Positions 1 through 9,151 of a stretch of 32,000 nt of DNA are shown here, in pieces. The notes below the pieces were generated by a model, which saw only the letters and a program-made list of their open reading frames with translations, searched no databases and was not told where the DNA came from. Origin of the DNA: Promethearchaeum syntrophicum (GTDB lineage Archaea; Asgardarchaeota; Lokiarchaeia; Sigyniarchaeales; Promethearchaeaceae); the NCBI RefSeq assembly GCF_008000775.2, contig NZ_CP042905.2, positions 1,410,001 to 1,442,000 on the forward strand. The letters run 5' to 3'. How positions within the stretch are numbered: position 1 is the stretch's first letter; every line of letters starts with the position of its first letter. Made by a program: the position numbers and the translations under genes.

Positions 1-477
1 GGAAATAGAAAAGTCATGAATGCTACTCAAGATACTTTTATAAGTAGTACTTATTGGACTGGAAGAGTAGGTCCTACTGCAGCAATTGCTACAATCAAGA
101 AGATGCAAAATCTTAATGTTCCTGCACATTTAGACAAAATTGGGAAATTAATTGGAGAAGGCTGGCAAAAAATTGCAAGAAAAAATGAAATAGATATTAC
201 AATTCATAAACCAAATTGTTTAATTAGCTTTACCTTTGAATATCCAAATACAAAAGAATTAATGACTCTTTTTATTCAAGAAATGTTGAAGCGGAATTAT
301 CTTGCAGGAACATGTGTTTATGTAAGTTATGCTCATACTGAACAAGTTGTTTCAGCATATCTCAAAGTAATTGATGAAGTATTTGGAATTCTTTCAACAG
401 CAATAAAAAATGGTAACATCTTAAAATTAATCGAAGGACCTTTAAAGCATGATGGATTCCAACGATTAGTCTCTTAA
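1..477 (+). CDS. Class-III PLP aminotransferase (glutamate-1-semialdehyde aminomutase-like), C-terminal part; gene begins upstream of the window
   Basis: The frame is open from nt 1 (GNRKV precedes the listed Met at 16), so the ORF is 5'-truncated by the window edge. The segment FISSTYWTGRVGPTAAIATIKKM resembles the C-terminal domain of HemL/GSA-type aminotransferases, which are often recruited to sugar-amination clusters. Family call is from memory, not a search. Confidence 0.5.
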   Translation, partial: GNRKVMNATQDTFISSTYWTGRVGPTAAIATIKKMQNLNVPAHLDKIGKLIGEGWQKIARKNEIDITIHKPNCLISFTFEYPNTKELMTLFIQEMLKRNYLAGTCVYVSYAHTEQVVSAYLKVIDEVFGILSTAIKNGNILKLIEGPLKHDGFQRLVS

Positions 478-479
478 TT

Positions 480-1433
480 TTAAACAACCCATTTTGAGGG
501 GTTTACAATTTTTTCTTCTACTTCAGTAAAAGCATTCAAAATCTCTATTTTTACTTTTTCTCCTAAGGGAGGGAGATTTAAATAATTCAAATTTTCTTTT
601 AACTGATCTAAATTGTCAACACCCATGATTATGCTTGAGATTTCTTTCATATCTCGAACAAAACAAAATGAAAGTTGAGCAATAGATAAATCGGCCCTTT
701 TAGCAATTTCTGCAAGTTTGTGTAAATGATGTGCTGCGATTTTTAGTGTATCGGGGAGTTCCTTTGGGTTCATAAATATAAGTCCTTGTAAGAAAACACT
801 TCGTGCAAAAATAATTTTGTTTTTGAAATGAAGTTCCTTTAATAATCCAGTTTTAATTAGACGGTGATCCAAGATATTTATTGGTATTTGTATCACATCT
901 AATTCTTCTTTCTCCAAAAATAGCTTCACTTCATCAGGATTATAAATTGATACACCAATATGATTAAGATAACCTTCTTCTCTAAGTCTAATTAATGCTT
1001 CTACAATTTTTCCATTTAATTTATGGATATCCTCTGCGTTATGTAATAGGAAATAAGGAATTTTATCAAGATGAAGTCTATTAAGGGATTCAATCACAGA
1101 GTTTTTAATTTTTTTAAAAATTTCATCTTCATTTCCCAAGATCTCAAAAGGAGATAATTTTGTTATGATTTCTGGGGTATTTTGAGATTTATCTGATGAA
1201 AAATTTCTTATAAAATTACCAATAATTACTTCAGAATTTCCATAAGCTGGAGCAGTATCAAACATATTAATTCCTTGATCATAAGCGAATTCTAAGATTT
1301 TTTGCGAATCTTTTTCTGTTGGTTTTCCCGTACGATTAGCGATTCCATATTTAATTCCCAATTGAACAGTTCCCAAAGTTATTTTTGATATTGAAGTTTT
1401 GGAAACATTATTCCTTCTTAAATCCATATCCAT
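480..1433 (-). CDS. Aldo/keto reductase family oxidoreductase
   Basis: 317 aa. N-terminal LGTVQLGIKYGIAN and FDTAPAYGNSEVIIG match the AKR (DTAxxYGxSE) signature region. Size is typical. Convergent with the aminotransferase gene, 2-nt gap. Confidence 0.75.
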   Translation of the reverse strand: MDMDLRRNNVSKTSISKITLGTVQLGIKYGIANRTGKPTEKDSQKILEFAYDQGINMFDTAPAYGNSEVIIGNFIRNFSSDKSQNTPEIITKLSPFEILGNEDEIFKKIKNSVIESLNRLHLDKIPYFLLHNAEDIHKLNGKIVEALIRLREEGYLNHIGVSIYNPDEVKLFLEKEELDVIQIPINILDHRLIKTGLLKELHFKNKIIFARSVFLQGLIFMNPKELPDTLKIAAHHLHKLAEIAKRADLSIAQLSFCFVRDMKEISSIIMGVDNLDQLKENLNYLNLPPLGEKVKIEILNAFTEVEEKIVNPSKWVV

Positions 1434-1551
1434 ATTTGCAATACTTAAAAATTAAATGTTGGTATTTTTGAAAGGATTGAAATTTTCTTGTAAAAAATAT
1501 ATTTCAACAACAAATATAAACTTTAATTTGATTCAGATATAGTATTTTAAT
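1434..1551. promoter_or_regulatory. Divergent intergenic region that must carry promoters for the AKR (-) and GNAT (+) genes
   Basis: 118-bp AT-rich spacer between divergently transcribed ORFs. Individual TATA/BRE elements cannot be told apart from the AT-rich background. Confidence 0.35.
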
Positions 1552-2064
1552 ATGAATAAAAAAGATATCAGAATTAATGGAGAAAGAATTTATCTTGTTC
1601 CTTTAACAGTTGAATATGCCAGTGAAAAATATTGTTCTTGGCTTAATGATCCAGTTGTAAACAAATATCTGGATACAAAAAATGCAACGATTGAAAACTT
1701 GCAAAAATATATTAAATCGAAATATGAAGATCCAAATTGTTTATTCTTTGGAATATTTGATAAAAAAACTAATAAACATATAGGAAACGTTAAGTTAGAA
1801 CCCATAGATTTCAATTTAAAAACTGCTGTTTTAGGTACACTTATTGGAGAAAAAAATTATTGGGGGATGGGAATTGCCCCAGAAGTTTATAAATATTTAT
1901 TGAAATATGCTTTTGATGAATTAAAACTAGAAACTATTACTGCAGGTATGTATAAAGGCATTGTTGGTGCTCTTAAAGCGGTTAAAAAAGTAGGTTTTAA
2001 AATTCATAAGGAATTTGATGATGCTTATAAGGTTCTTTTAAAGAAAGAAGATTTTATTTTTTAA
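1552..2064 (+). CDS. GNAT (RimJ/RimL-type) N-acetyltransferase; candidate PseH-like sugar N-acetyltransferase
   Basis: 170 aa. ERIYLVPLTVEYASEKYCSWLNDPVVNKYL is a typical N-terminus for Acetyltransf_3-type GNATs. WGMGIAPE sits in the acetyl-CoA-binding region. Adjacent to pseC/pseB. The PseH role is inferred from context only. Confidence 0.65.
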   Translation: MNKKDIRINGERIYLVPLTVEYASEKYCSWLNDPVVNKYLDTKNATIENLQKYIKSKYEDPNCLFFGIFDKKTNKHIGNVKLEPIDFNLKTAVLGTLIGEKNYWGMGIAPEVYKYLLKYAFDELKLETITAGMYKGIVGALKAVKKVGFKIHKEFDDAYKVLLKKEDFIF

Positions 2065-2120
2065 ATTTTGAAATAAGTCTATAGAATCTTGAATTTGTGA
2101 TAAATTAAAAAAGAAAGTGG

Positions 2121-3263
2121 TTATTGTATTTCAAAAATTTGATAAATAGTCGTAATAACAACTTTTACATCATTATCACTCATACCAGGATAAATAGGAA
2201 TACTAATTTCTCTCTTATAAAATTCTTCACTTATGGGGTATGATCCTTTTTTATATCCTAATTTTTGATAATAGGGAAATAAATGTATAGGAATATAATG
2301 AACTTGAACCCATAATCCATTTTTCCTCATTTCTTCAAATATTATTCGTTTCTTGGAGATATATTGATCTTTAAGCAGGATTGGAAAGAGATGATACGAA
2401 GATTTCACATTAGGTGTATCATAAATCATCTCAAAATAAGGATTATTTTTAAATTTATTATAATACTCTTGAGCAATTTCCCTTCTACGTTTCACAAATT
2501 GATCAAGTTTTTTCAACTGTGAAAGACCTAATGCTGAATGTATATCAGATAATCTATAATTATATCCTAGCATTTGCATTTCATAATACCATGAACCTTC
2601 ATTATGTGATAAATCTTGTTGCTTTTTAGTAATCCCATGGGTTCTAAGTACTCTTATTTTGTTAGCGAATTCTTGTGAATTAGTAACAATCATTCCACCT
2701 TCACCTGTGGCAATATGTTTCACCGGATGGAAACTGAAAATTGCCATATCAGAATAAGAGCAATCACCAATGGAATGATTATTATACCTTGCACCTAAAG
2801 CATGGGAAGCGTCTTCAATAATAATGAGGTTATGTTTTTTTGCTATACAAGAAATTTTTTCCATTTCACATGGAAGACCTGAATAATGAACAGGAATAAG
2901 AATTTTTGTTTTTGATGTAATTTTTTCCTCAATTTTTGATTCGTCTATCAAACCATTTGGTTTTATATCAATAAATACAGGTTTTGCACCACAATATAGA
3001 GCACAATTTGCTGAGGCTGCAAAAGTTAATGGAGAAGTGATTAATTCATCATCCTTACCCAAATCTGCTGCTAAGCAAGCAATGTGAAGTGCTGCAGTTC
3101 CATTAGCCATAGCTATTGCATATTTTACTCCGACTCTTTTAGCAAAACTTTCTTCAAATTCTCGTACTTTTGGTCCTGTAGTTAAATAATCACTTTTTAA
3201 AACATCAATCACAGCTTGAATGTCATCATCATTAATTGTTTGTCTACTATATGGAATATTCAT
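2121..3263 (-). CDS. pseC: DegT/DnrJ/EryC1-family PLP sugar aminotransferase, PseC-like (UDP-4-amino-4,6-dideoxy-N-acetyl-beta-L-altrosamine transaminase)
   Basis: 380 aa. N-terminus IPYSRQTINDDDIQAVIDVLKSDYLTTGPKVREFE and the PLP-lysine region SFHPVKHIATGEGGMIV are typical of this family. The start codon overlaps the pseB stop (TAATG at 3263). Confidence 0.7.
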   Translation of the reverse strand: MNIPYSRQTINDDDIQAVIDVLKSDYLTTGPKVREFEESFAKRVGVKYAIAMANGTAALHIACLAADLGKDDELITSPLTFAASANCALYCGAKPVFIDIKPNGLIDESKIEEKITSKTKILIPVHYSGLPCEMEKISCIAKKHNLIIIEDASHALGARYNNHSIGDCSYSDMAIFSFHPVKHIATGEGGMIVTNSQEFANKIRVLRTHGITKKQQDLSHNEGSWYYEMQMLGYNYRLSDIHSALGLSQLKKLDQFVKRRREIAQEYYNKFKNNPYFEMIYDTPNVKSSYHLFPILLKDQYISKKRIIFEEMRKNGLWVQVHYIPIHLFPYYQKLGYKKGSYPISEEFYKREISIPIYPGMSDNDVKVVITTIYQIFEIQ

Positions 3264-4285
3264 TATAATAACTCCAAAGATACAAATAACTCTTTAACTT
3301 TTTCTTGAGAAATTACGGCTTCTTTTGAGCGATAAAAATTCATTTTATTAATATCTATTTTCTTTCCCTCAGTTATATAAATTGGATATTTTTCAAGTTT
3401 TGTATATTCTTCAATTTGTGACGTAATCACAAAAAAATTTTGATATTCATAAGTTCGTGTAACTTCGTTTTCATTCATCATTAATTCATGAATTTTTTCA
3501 CCAGGACGGAGACCAATAATTTCTATTTCACTAGATGCATTATGTTTTTCTTTTAAAATATTAACTAATTCAATAATTTTAAATGCAAGCAATTTTGGAA
3601 CAAAAATTTCTCCTCCAATTGAGAATTTTAATGCATTAAAAATCAGATTTACAGATTGATTAGGGCTAATGATAAATCTTGTCATTCGAGAATCCGTTAG
3701 CGGTATTTTTTCTCCATTAATGATTTTATCTTCAAAAAAGGGGATAACTGAACCTGTACTTTCTAAAACATTTCCATAGCGAACAGTAGTAAAAATTGTT
3801 TTGTTTTTTCCTTTATTATAGTTTCTTTCGGTAAAAAGTTTTTCTGAGACAAATTTACATGCTCCATAAGTATTTATCGGATTACATGCTTTATCTGTTG
3901 AAACCATAACTGCTATTTCAACATTACATTCTAAGCAAGCATTTACTACATTTAATGAACCAAAAATATTTGTTTTAATACATTCTTCAACATTATATTC
4001 CAAAATATCTAAACGCTTCAATGCTGCAGCATGAATAACAATATCCACACCTTGCATTGCTCTTAATAGGCGACTATAATCTCTGACATCTCCAATTAAA
4101 TTTCTTATTTTATTATTATGATTAAAAAGTTCTTGAATTTTATGATGCTTAACTTCATCTCTACTAAATAATCGGATACTTTGAGGATTGAATTCTAATA
4201 TTTTCTTTGTTAATTTCCTACCTAAGAAACCTGTTCCTCCGGTAATTAAAACGACCTTATTATTAAAAATTTTGTTATAACTCAT
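3263..4285 (-). CDS. pseB: UDP-N-acetylglucosamine 4,6-dehydratase (inverting), PseB/FlaA1-like short soluble CapD-type SDR
   Basis: 340 aa. Collinear with my recollection of Helicobacter PseB: VLITGGTGFLG, SRDEVKH, IGDVRD, GVDIVIHAAALK, EYNxxECIKTNIxG, STDKACNPINTYGACK (YxxxK), VRYGNV, MTRF, GGEIFVPK, GLRPGEKIHE. Confidence 0.85.
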   Translation of the reverse strand: MSYNKIFNNKVVLITGGTGFLGRKLTKKILEFNPQSIRLFSRDEVKHHKIQELFNHNNKIRNLIGDVRDYSRLLRAMQGVDIVIHAAALKRLDILEYNVEECIKTNIFGSLNVVNACLECNVEIAVMVSTDKACNPINTYGACKFVSEKLFTERNYNKGKNKTIFTTVRYGNVLESTGSVIPFFEDKIINGEKIPLTDSRMTRFIISPNQSVNLIFNALKFSIGGEIFVPKLLAFKIIELVNILKEKHNASSEIEIIGLRPGEKIHELMMNENEVTRTYEYQNFFVITSQIEEYTKLEKYPIYITEGKKIDINKMNFYRSKEAVISQEKVKELFVSLELL

Positions 4286-4335
4286 ATTTTAATGAAACAT
4301 TCTTTAAAAATTAAATTTTCGTATATTGGAATGGA

Positions 4336-4527
4336 TTAAAATTGAATAAGGTTAATACCAAATAGTAGAAATAATAAATAAAGAACTAAATGATAATAAT
4401 ATTTAAAAGTTTTTAAAATGGATTTAGTGATGATTATAATCGTTACAATAAAACCATGTATTGATAAGAAAATTAGAAATTGGATAAGAATGTGAATTAT
4501 TATTTTATTCATTAAAACTCTAATCAT
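4336..4527 (-). CDS. Possible small hydrophobic membrane protein (63 aa), unknown function
   Basis: The ORF lies in the 387-bp gap between the flippase and pseB on the same strand. It has two or three hydrophobic stretches. There is no recognisable motif, and it could be a chance ORF in AT-rich DNA. Confidence 0.2.
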   Translation of the reverse strand: MIRVLMNKIIIHILIQFLIFLSIHGFIVTIIIITKSILKTFKYYYHLVLYLLFLLFGINLIQF

Positions 4528-4672
4528 CTATGAATTTTATTTGGATGTAAAGTGTGCTCAAAAAGTGGAAATTCGCGAAATAAAAGGATAAAAAAAAAAG
4601 TCACGAAAACTGGTTAATGTTGGTACTTTTGTCTGAAATAAAATTATCCAAATTTCAAGCTTAGTTATCATA

Positions 4673-6154
4673 TTATGTATTATTATTGAATTTTATATGA
4701 TCCATCATTTTTTTGGGATTTAAAATATCCAAAAAGAATCTCAAATCCTTTTTAGTTAATATTTTGGCTATTAAAAGAAAAATAAAATAAATCGTCAATA
4801 CCGCAACTAATATTACAATTGTTAAAAAAAAAGACAAATTTAATGTTGAGCAATAAAATGCAATAATAAAAAGAAAAACAAGAAGAATTAAATGGAAAAT
4901 TTGTTTTTTCCCAATTTTTCCAACACCAAAATGTTTTTGACAATAAACTCTTAAAATTATAGTCACGGGAAAGAAAGCTAACCATAAACCTAGATTAATA
5001 CCAACTATATCAAAAATTGGGATGAAAAAAATCCAGGATATTAATGAAAATAAGAAACTTAAAACTGCAAGCAAATTATATAATTTAAACTTCTCAGTGA
5101 CAATTAATAAAGGATAATATGGGACAATTAAAGGAAAACTAAGTAAACTTAGTAAACAACCAAAGAAAAATAAACCTCCTTTTTCAAAATATATATTACC
5201 TAATAATTTTGAAATAAATATCTCAGCAAAAAAAATCCCACCTAATATTAAAAATCCATTCAGAATTGTCATATATTTTTCAAATAAATTAATAGATTCT
5301 CGTATTCTAGTAAGATCATTTTTTTCTAGGAGATTAGTAAAATTTGGGATCAATAAACTCCTAAAAGCTTGTTCTAAACTCTGAATAACTAGAAAAATCA
5401 TGGAAATTACACTATATATTCCTAACAATTCTTCCGAATAACTTTTTAAAAAGAAAAAAATTCCTAAATTTGTAATTAATGTATTGATAATTAAAGGAAT
5501 CATAAAAATAAGATTTAACTTGATATATTGTTTGAATATATTAAATTTAAATTGAGTAAAATGAAAGGATCTTTTAGAAAACAAAAAGAAAATTAACCTT
5601 ATCAGTTCTATTAATACATAACAAATTAGAAATAAAATGAAATTCTTTAAAAATAATATTGAAATTAAAGATGAAAGAAAAAATATAAAATGACCTATAA
5701 TAAAAGGTATCTCAGTTCTTACAACATTCATTTGAGACCTATAACTTAACTCAAAAACTAAATTAAATGATCTGAGGAGAAACTGAATAAAAACAATAAT
5801 AAAAATATATTTCAATTCAAGTATATTTGAGATTAAACCGGAATTTAATTGAAAAGCAAAAGTAATAAATATTATTATTGCAGAAATAGTTATCAGGCAA
5901 ATTTCAATAACTAAAAATGTTGAAAATGCTTCATTTTTATTAAATCTTGTTTGATCGGTCATTATTTTTAGATGAGGAGTTTCCAAGCCTAATATAGAAA
6001 ATAAGGAAAAAAATCCCATGAACGATAACGCTATCTGTTGATATCCAAATAGTATTGGAGTAAATTTGCTTACAGCTATAAGATATATTATTCCCTCAAA
6101 TAGCCGACTAATTGTACGAGATATAAAAATGAAAAGACTTTTCCTCCCAATCAT
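4673..6154 (-). CDS. Wzx-like oligosaccharide/polysaccharide flippase (MOP superfamily polysaccharide biosynthesis protein)
   Basis: 493 aa and hydrophobic throughout (about 12-14 predicted helices by eye). The N-terminal region (SRTISRLFEGIIYLIAVSKFTPILFGYQQIALS) is typical of Wzx/RfbX-type proteins. Located between GT2 and pseB on the same strand. Confidence 0.6.
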   Translation of the reverse strand: MIGRKSLFIFISRTISRLFEGIIYLIAVSKFTPILFGYQQIALSFMGFFSLFSILGLETPHLKIMTDQTRFNKNEAFSTFLVIEICLITISAIIIFITFAFQLNSGLISNILELKYIFIIVFIQFLLRSFNLVFELSYRSQMNVVRTEIPFIIGHFIFFLSSLISILFLKNFILFLICYVLIELIRLIFFLFSKRSFHFTQFKFNIFKQYIKLNLIFMIPLIINTLITNLGIFFFLKSYSEELLGIYSVISMIFLVIQSLEQAFRSLLIPNFTNLLEKNDLTRIRESINLFEKYMTILNGFLILGGIFFAEIFISKLLGNIYFEKGGLFFFGCLLSLLSFPLIVPYYPLLIVTEKFKLYNLLAVLSFLFSLISWIFFIPIFDIVGINLGLWLAFFPVTIILRVYCQKHFGVGKIGKKQIFHLILLVFLFIIAFYCSTLNLSFFLTIVILVAVLTIYFIFLLIAKILTKKDLRFFLDILNPKKMMDHIKFNNNT

Positions 6155-6280
6155 AATTATTGTAAAATATTAAGTCTTTTTAACTCTTATGAGGCTTAAG
6201 GTATTTTTTCTAAATTCTTATTCGTTTTTCTATAAAAACCTGAAATTCTCTTTAAATGTATAGGTGGATTATTTTAAATT

Positions 6281-7051
6281 TCAATATTTTTTGAATAATG
6301 CAGTAGAAATATATTGATTTATAATTCTCAACAATCGAAACATTGAATAAAAAGTACTTTTCTTAGTATTATTTATAATAAAAGCTTTTTTACACTCTTT
6401 GATACCTGCTAGAATATTTTTTAAAGTTCCCGTACTCGTACCACCAGTCATCATTTTTACATAGGGTGTATTTTTATCTCTAAGTTTAAAGTCATTCAAT
6501 TCGAATGCCCTAAGGAAAAATTCAAAATCTGCAGAAATTTTGAGATCTACCTTATATCCCCCAATTTTATCATATACAGATTTTTTAATAAAAGTTGAAG
6601 GATGTGGAGGAAACCACCCCCAGTAAAATTTACCCTTTTTAAAATTGCCAGATTTAATATTTCTTATCACTTTTTTTTTTGAATTTATTAGTAAAGTATT
6701 TCCATAAAGAATATCAATATCTTGACAATTAAATTCATTTACTACATCTTGCAAGACATATTCATCGAAATATACATCATCTGAATTTAAAATGTTGATA
6801 ATTTTTCCTTTTGCCATCGCAATTCCTTTATTCATAGCATCATAAATACCTTTATCTTGTTCGGATATTATTTTAAAATTATCGTATTTTTTGAAACTAT
6901 TCTGGGCAATCTCCACTGTTTTATCAGAAGATTTACCATCTACTATAATATATTCATAATCCTTGAACTTCTGAGATTTTATTGATTTAATTGTTTCAGA
7001 TATGGTTTTTTCTGAATTATAACATACCGTAATTATGCTTAATCCTGTCAT
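6281..7051 (-). CDS. Family 2 glycosyltransferase (GT-A fold)
   Basis: 256 aa. LSIITVCYNSEKTISETIKSIKSQKFKDYEYIIVDGKSSDKT and NSDD (DxD-type) are classic GT2 N-terminal motifs. Confidence 0.8.
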   Translation of the reverse strand: MTGLSIITVCYNSEKTISETIKSIKSQKFKDYEYIIVDGKSSDKTVEIAQNSFKKYDNFKIISEQDKGIYDAMNKGIAMAKGKIINILNSDDVYFDEYVLQDVVNEFNCQDIDILYGNTLLINSKKKVIRNIKSGNFKKGKFYWGWFPPHPSTFIKKSVYDKIGGYKVDLKISADFEFFLRAFELNDFKLRDKNTPYVKMMTGGTSTGTLKNILAGIKECKKAFIINNTKKSTFYSMFRLLRIINQYISTALFKKY

Positions 7052-7192
7052 AAATTTATCATTCGATTTTTGCAGTTATTATAATAAAAATTAGTTTTCT
7101 TAATATATTAGTTAACATTTCTTTATAAAAAAGTTCTATCACGAAATATTTAAAGGGTCTTCAATTATTTAAAATAAGCAAATTATTGCAAT
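7052..7192. promoter_or_regulatory. Divergent promoter region between GT2 (-) and the double-GT2 gene (+)
   Basis: 141-bp spacer between divergent genes. It contains a TATA-like TTTATAAAA at 7122-7130, about 65-70 nt upstream of the + strand start candidates. This is not distinguishable from background with certainty. Confidence 0.35.
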
Positions 7193-8821
7193 TTGAGTAT
7201 TATGACCTCACAAGAAATAGTTGTTCCTAAGGATAAAATTAAGAATTTTATGGATCAACCTTGTGAGGACAAAAAAATGAATTCTAAAGTTCATATAATA
7301 ATTCCAGTTTTTAATGAAGCAAAATCCATTGTTGAAATTATTAATCGCATTCATGTTGTCATGAAAAGTAGATACAATTATAAAATAACTGTTATAGATG
7401 ATGGTAGTTCAGATAATACTTTAAAATTGTTGGAAGAAATGGAAAGCAAGATTAATTTTCTGAGAAATGACAAGAATTTGGGAAAAGGGGAAACTTTAAA
7501 ACACGGATTTACCCATGCAAACAAGAATGAGATTATTGTGATTTTAGATGGAGATGGAGAACATCGTCCCGAAGATATCCCAAAATTAATTAAACCACTG
7601 TTAGATGGAGAAGCAGATCACGTTATTGGATCAAGATTTTTAAGTAAACAACCAAAACAAGGTAGAAATCCAGATTATTTGAGGAATAAAAAGAAATTCA
7701 ATAAATTACGCTATATTGGTAATTCAATAATCACATGGATGATATATTTATTGTACCAAGAGAAAATAACCGATACTCAAAGTGGTTTTCGCACTTTTGG
7801 ACCCGGAGTAATTTCCAAATTAACCTTAAAATTTTCTGGATTTGAGACTGAAACAGAAATGACACTCAATTTAGTTAATCTAGGGCTGAGAATTGTAGAA
7901 ATCCCAATAAAAAGTGGTTTAAGCACTAGAGAATCTCATATGAATATTATAAGAGATAGTCTACGAATTTTTTTTGTAATTTCAATTATGAAATTTCAAA
8001 AAGAAGGTGTTCTAAAAAATGGAACTAAAGAAAATTCCATTTTTCAGAGACAATTGCTTGAAAATAAAATCTTGGAAAAAATCAATCAAATTGAAACTCA
8101 AAAACTCAAATTATCTTCCTACAAATTATCTATCGTAATTCCTTGTCTTAATGAATCTTCAACAATAATTGGTGTCATTCGGGAAATTTATGCGTTAAAT
8201 TTAAATAATTATGAAATAATCGTTGTTGATGATGGTTCCACTGATAATTCAGTTGATTTACTAAGAAATCTGAAAAATGTGAAGTTATTTATACATAGTA
8301 AAAACATTGGTTATGGAAGAACGTTAATTGACGGGATTCAAAAAGCTTCTGGTGATTTAATCATCACAATTGACTCCGATGGTCAACATGAGCCTAAAGA
8401 TATTCCTATACTTTGTCAACTAATAATTGAGAATAATGCTGATATTGTTGTTGGTTCTAGATATAAAGGTCGGTATAATTATCAAATTCCATTTTTTAAT
8501 CGAGCAGGTGAAGCTTTTATTGAAGTTATAGTGTTCTTAATCTTCGGAAAGATTATTAAAAATAATCAAGGGGGTTTTAGAGTATTTCATAAACGCACTC
8601 TTGATATTTTTAAAAATTTAAAATTTCATGGGATGGCTTTTACAACAGAAATTTTAATGAGTGCATTTTTAAAAAACTATCGAGTTGTTGAAGGACCTAT
8701 TAATCTATATAATCGCCCAATTGGAAAATCTCGAGTAAAAAAGATTAAATTATTACTCAATTTAATTATATGTTTCTTAACTTATTCATTTCAAAGAATA
8801 CTCCGTTTTATTAAAAAATAA
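7193..8821 (+). CDS. Tandem-fused double GT2: two complete Dpm1/AglD-like polyprenyl-phosphate glycosyltransferase modules in one polypeptide
   Basis: 542 aa. Module 1 (about aa 32-262): IIIPVFNE, VIDDGSSDNT, LDGDGEH (nt 7547-7564), then a hydrophobic helix (LRIFFVISIMKF). Module 2 (from aa 311, nt 8123): IVIPCLNE, VVDDGSTDNS, IDSDGQH (nt 8372-8389), then a C-terminal helix (LLLNLIICFLTYSF). The start is uncertain: TTG 7193, ATG 7202 or ATG 7277. Confidence 0.75.
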   Translation: MSIMTSQEIVVPKDKIKNFMDQPCEDKKMNSKVHIIIPVFNEAKSIVEIINRIHVVMKSRYNYKITVIDDGSSDNTLKLLEEMESKINFLRNDKNLGKGETLKHGFTHANKNEIIVILDGDGEHRPEDIPKLIKPLLDGEADHVIGSRFLSKQPKQGRNPDYLRNKKKFNKLRYIGNSIITWMIYLLYQEKITDTQSGFRTFGPGVISKLTLKFSGFETETEMTLNLVNLGLRIVEIPIKSGLSTRESHMNIIRDSLRIFFVISIMKFQKEGVLKNGTKENSIFQRQLLENKILEKINQIETQKLKLSSYKLSIVIPCLNESSTIIGVIREIYALNLNNYEIIVVDDGSTDNSVDLLRNLKNVKLFIHSKNIGYGRTLIDGIQKASGDLIITIDSDGQHEPKDIPILCQLIIENNADIVVGSRYKGRYNYQIPFFNRAGEAFIEVIVFLIFGKIIKNNQGGFRVFHKRTLDIFKNLKFHGMAFTTEILMSAFLKNYRVVEGPINLYNRPIGKSRVKKIKLLLNLIICFLTYSFQRILRFIKK

Positions 8822-9151
8822 AGTTATTTATTAAGTTTTATAAGATTCCACACCACACTTATTTACCTTTTATTTTATGATTTGAATTTTATCGTTAAAA
8901 ATCAATAATTTTACATGATAACTAATTATTTTTTAACAAGAAATCGTTCAATTTTGTTTGTGCGAGAAGTTATTGCAAATTTCAAAATAAATTTATATAC
9001 AAAATAAAATTAACAAAAGAAATTTATTTTTTAATAAATGAATAGGATAGCATTTTTCTGAAGATTTTTTTAGATTTAAAAATTTTTATCAATTTGGATT
9101 AAGTAAATCCCAATATTAATATTATTAGAAAATAAATTCATAGTTATAAAA

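Noticed and set aside
1590-1814. 74-aa minus-strand ORF inside the GNAT gene
   Set aside because: It is fully nested antisense to a well-supported CDS, has no motif, and is a typical AT-rich shadow ORF. The same reasoning applies to 4752-4985(-), 13835-14089(-), 21698-21931(+) and 26097-26321(-).
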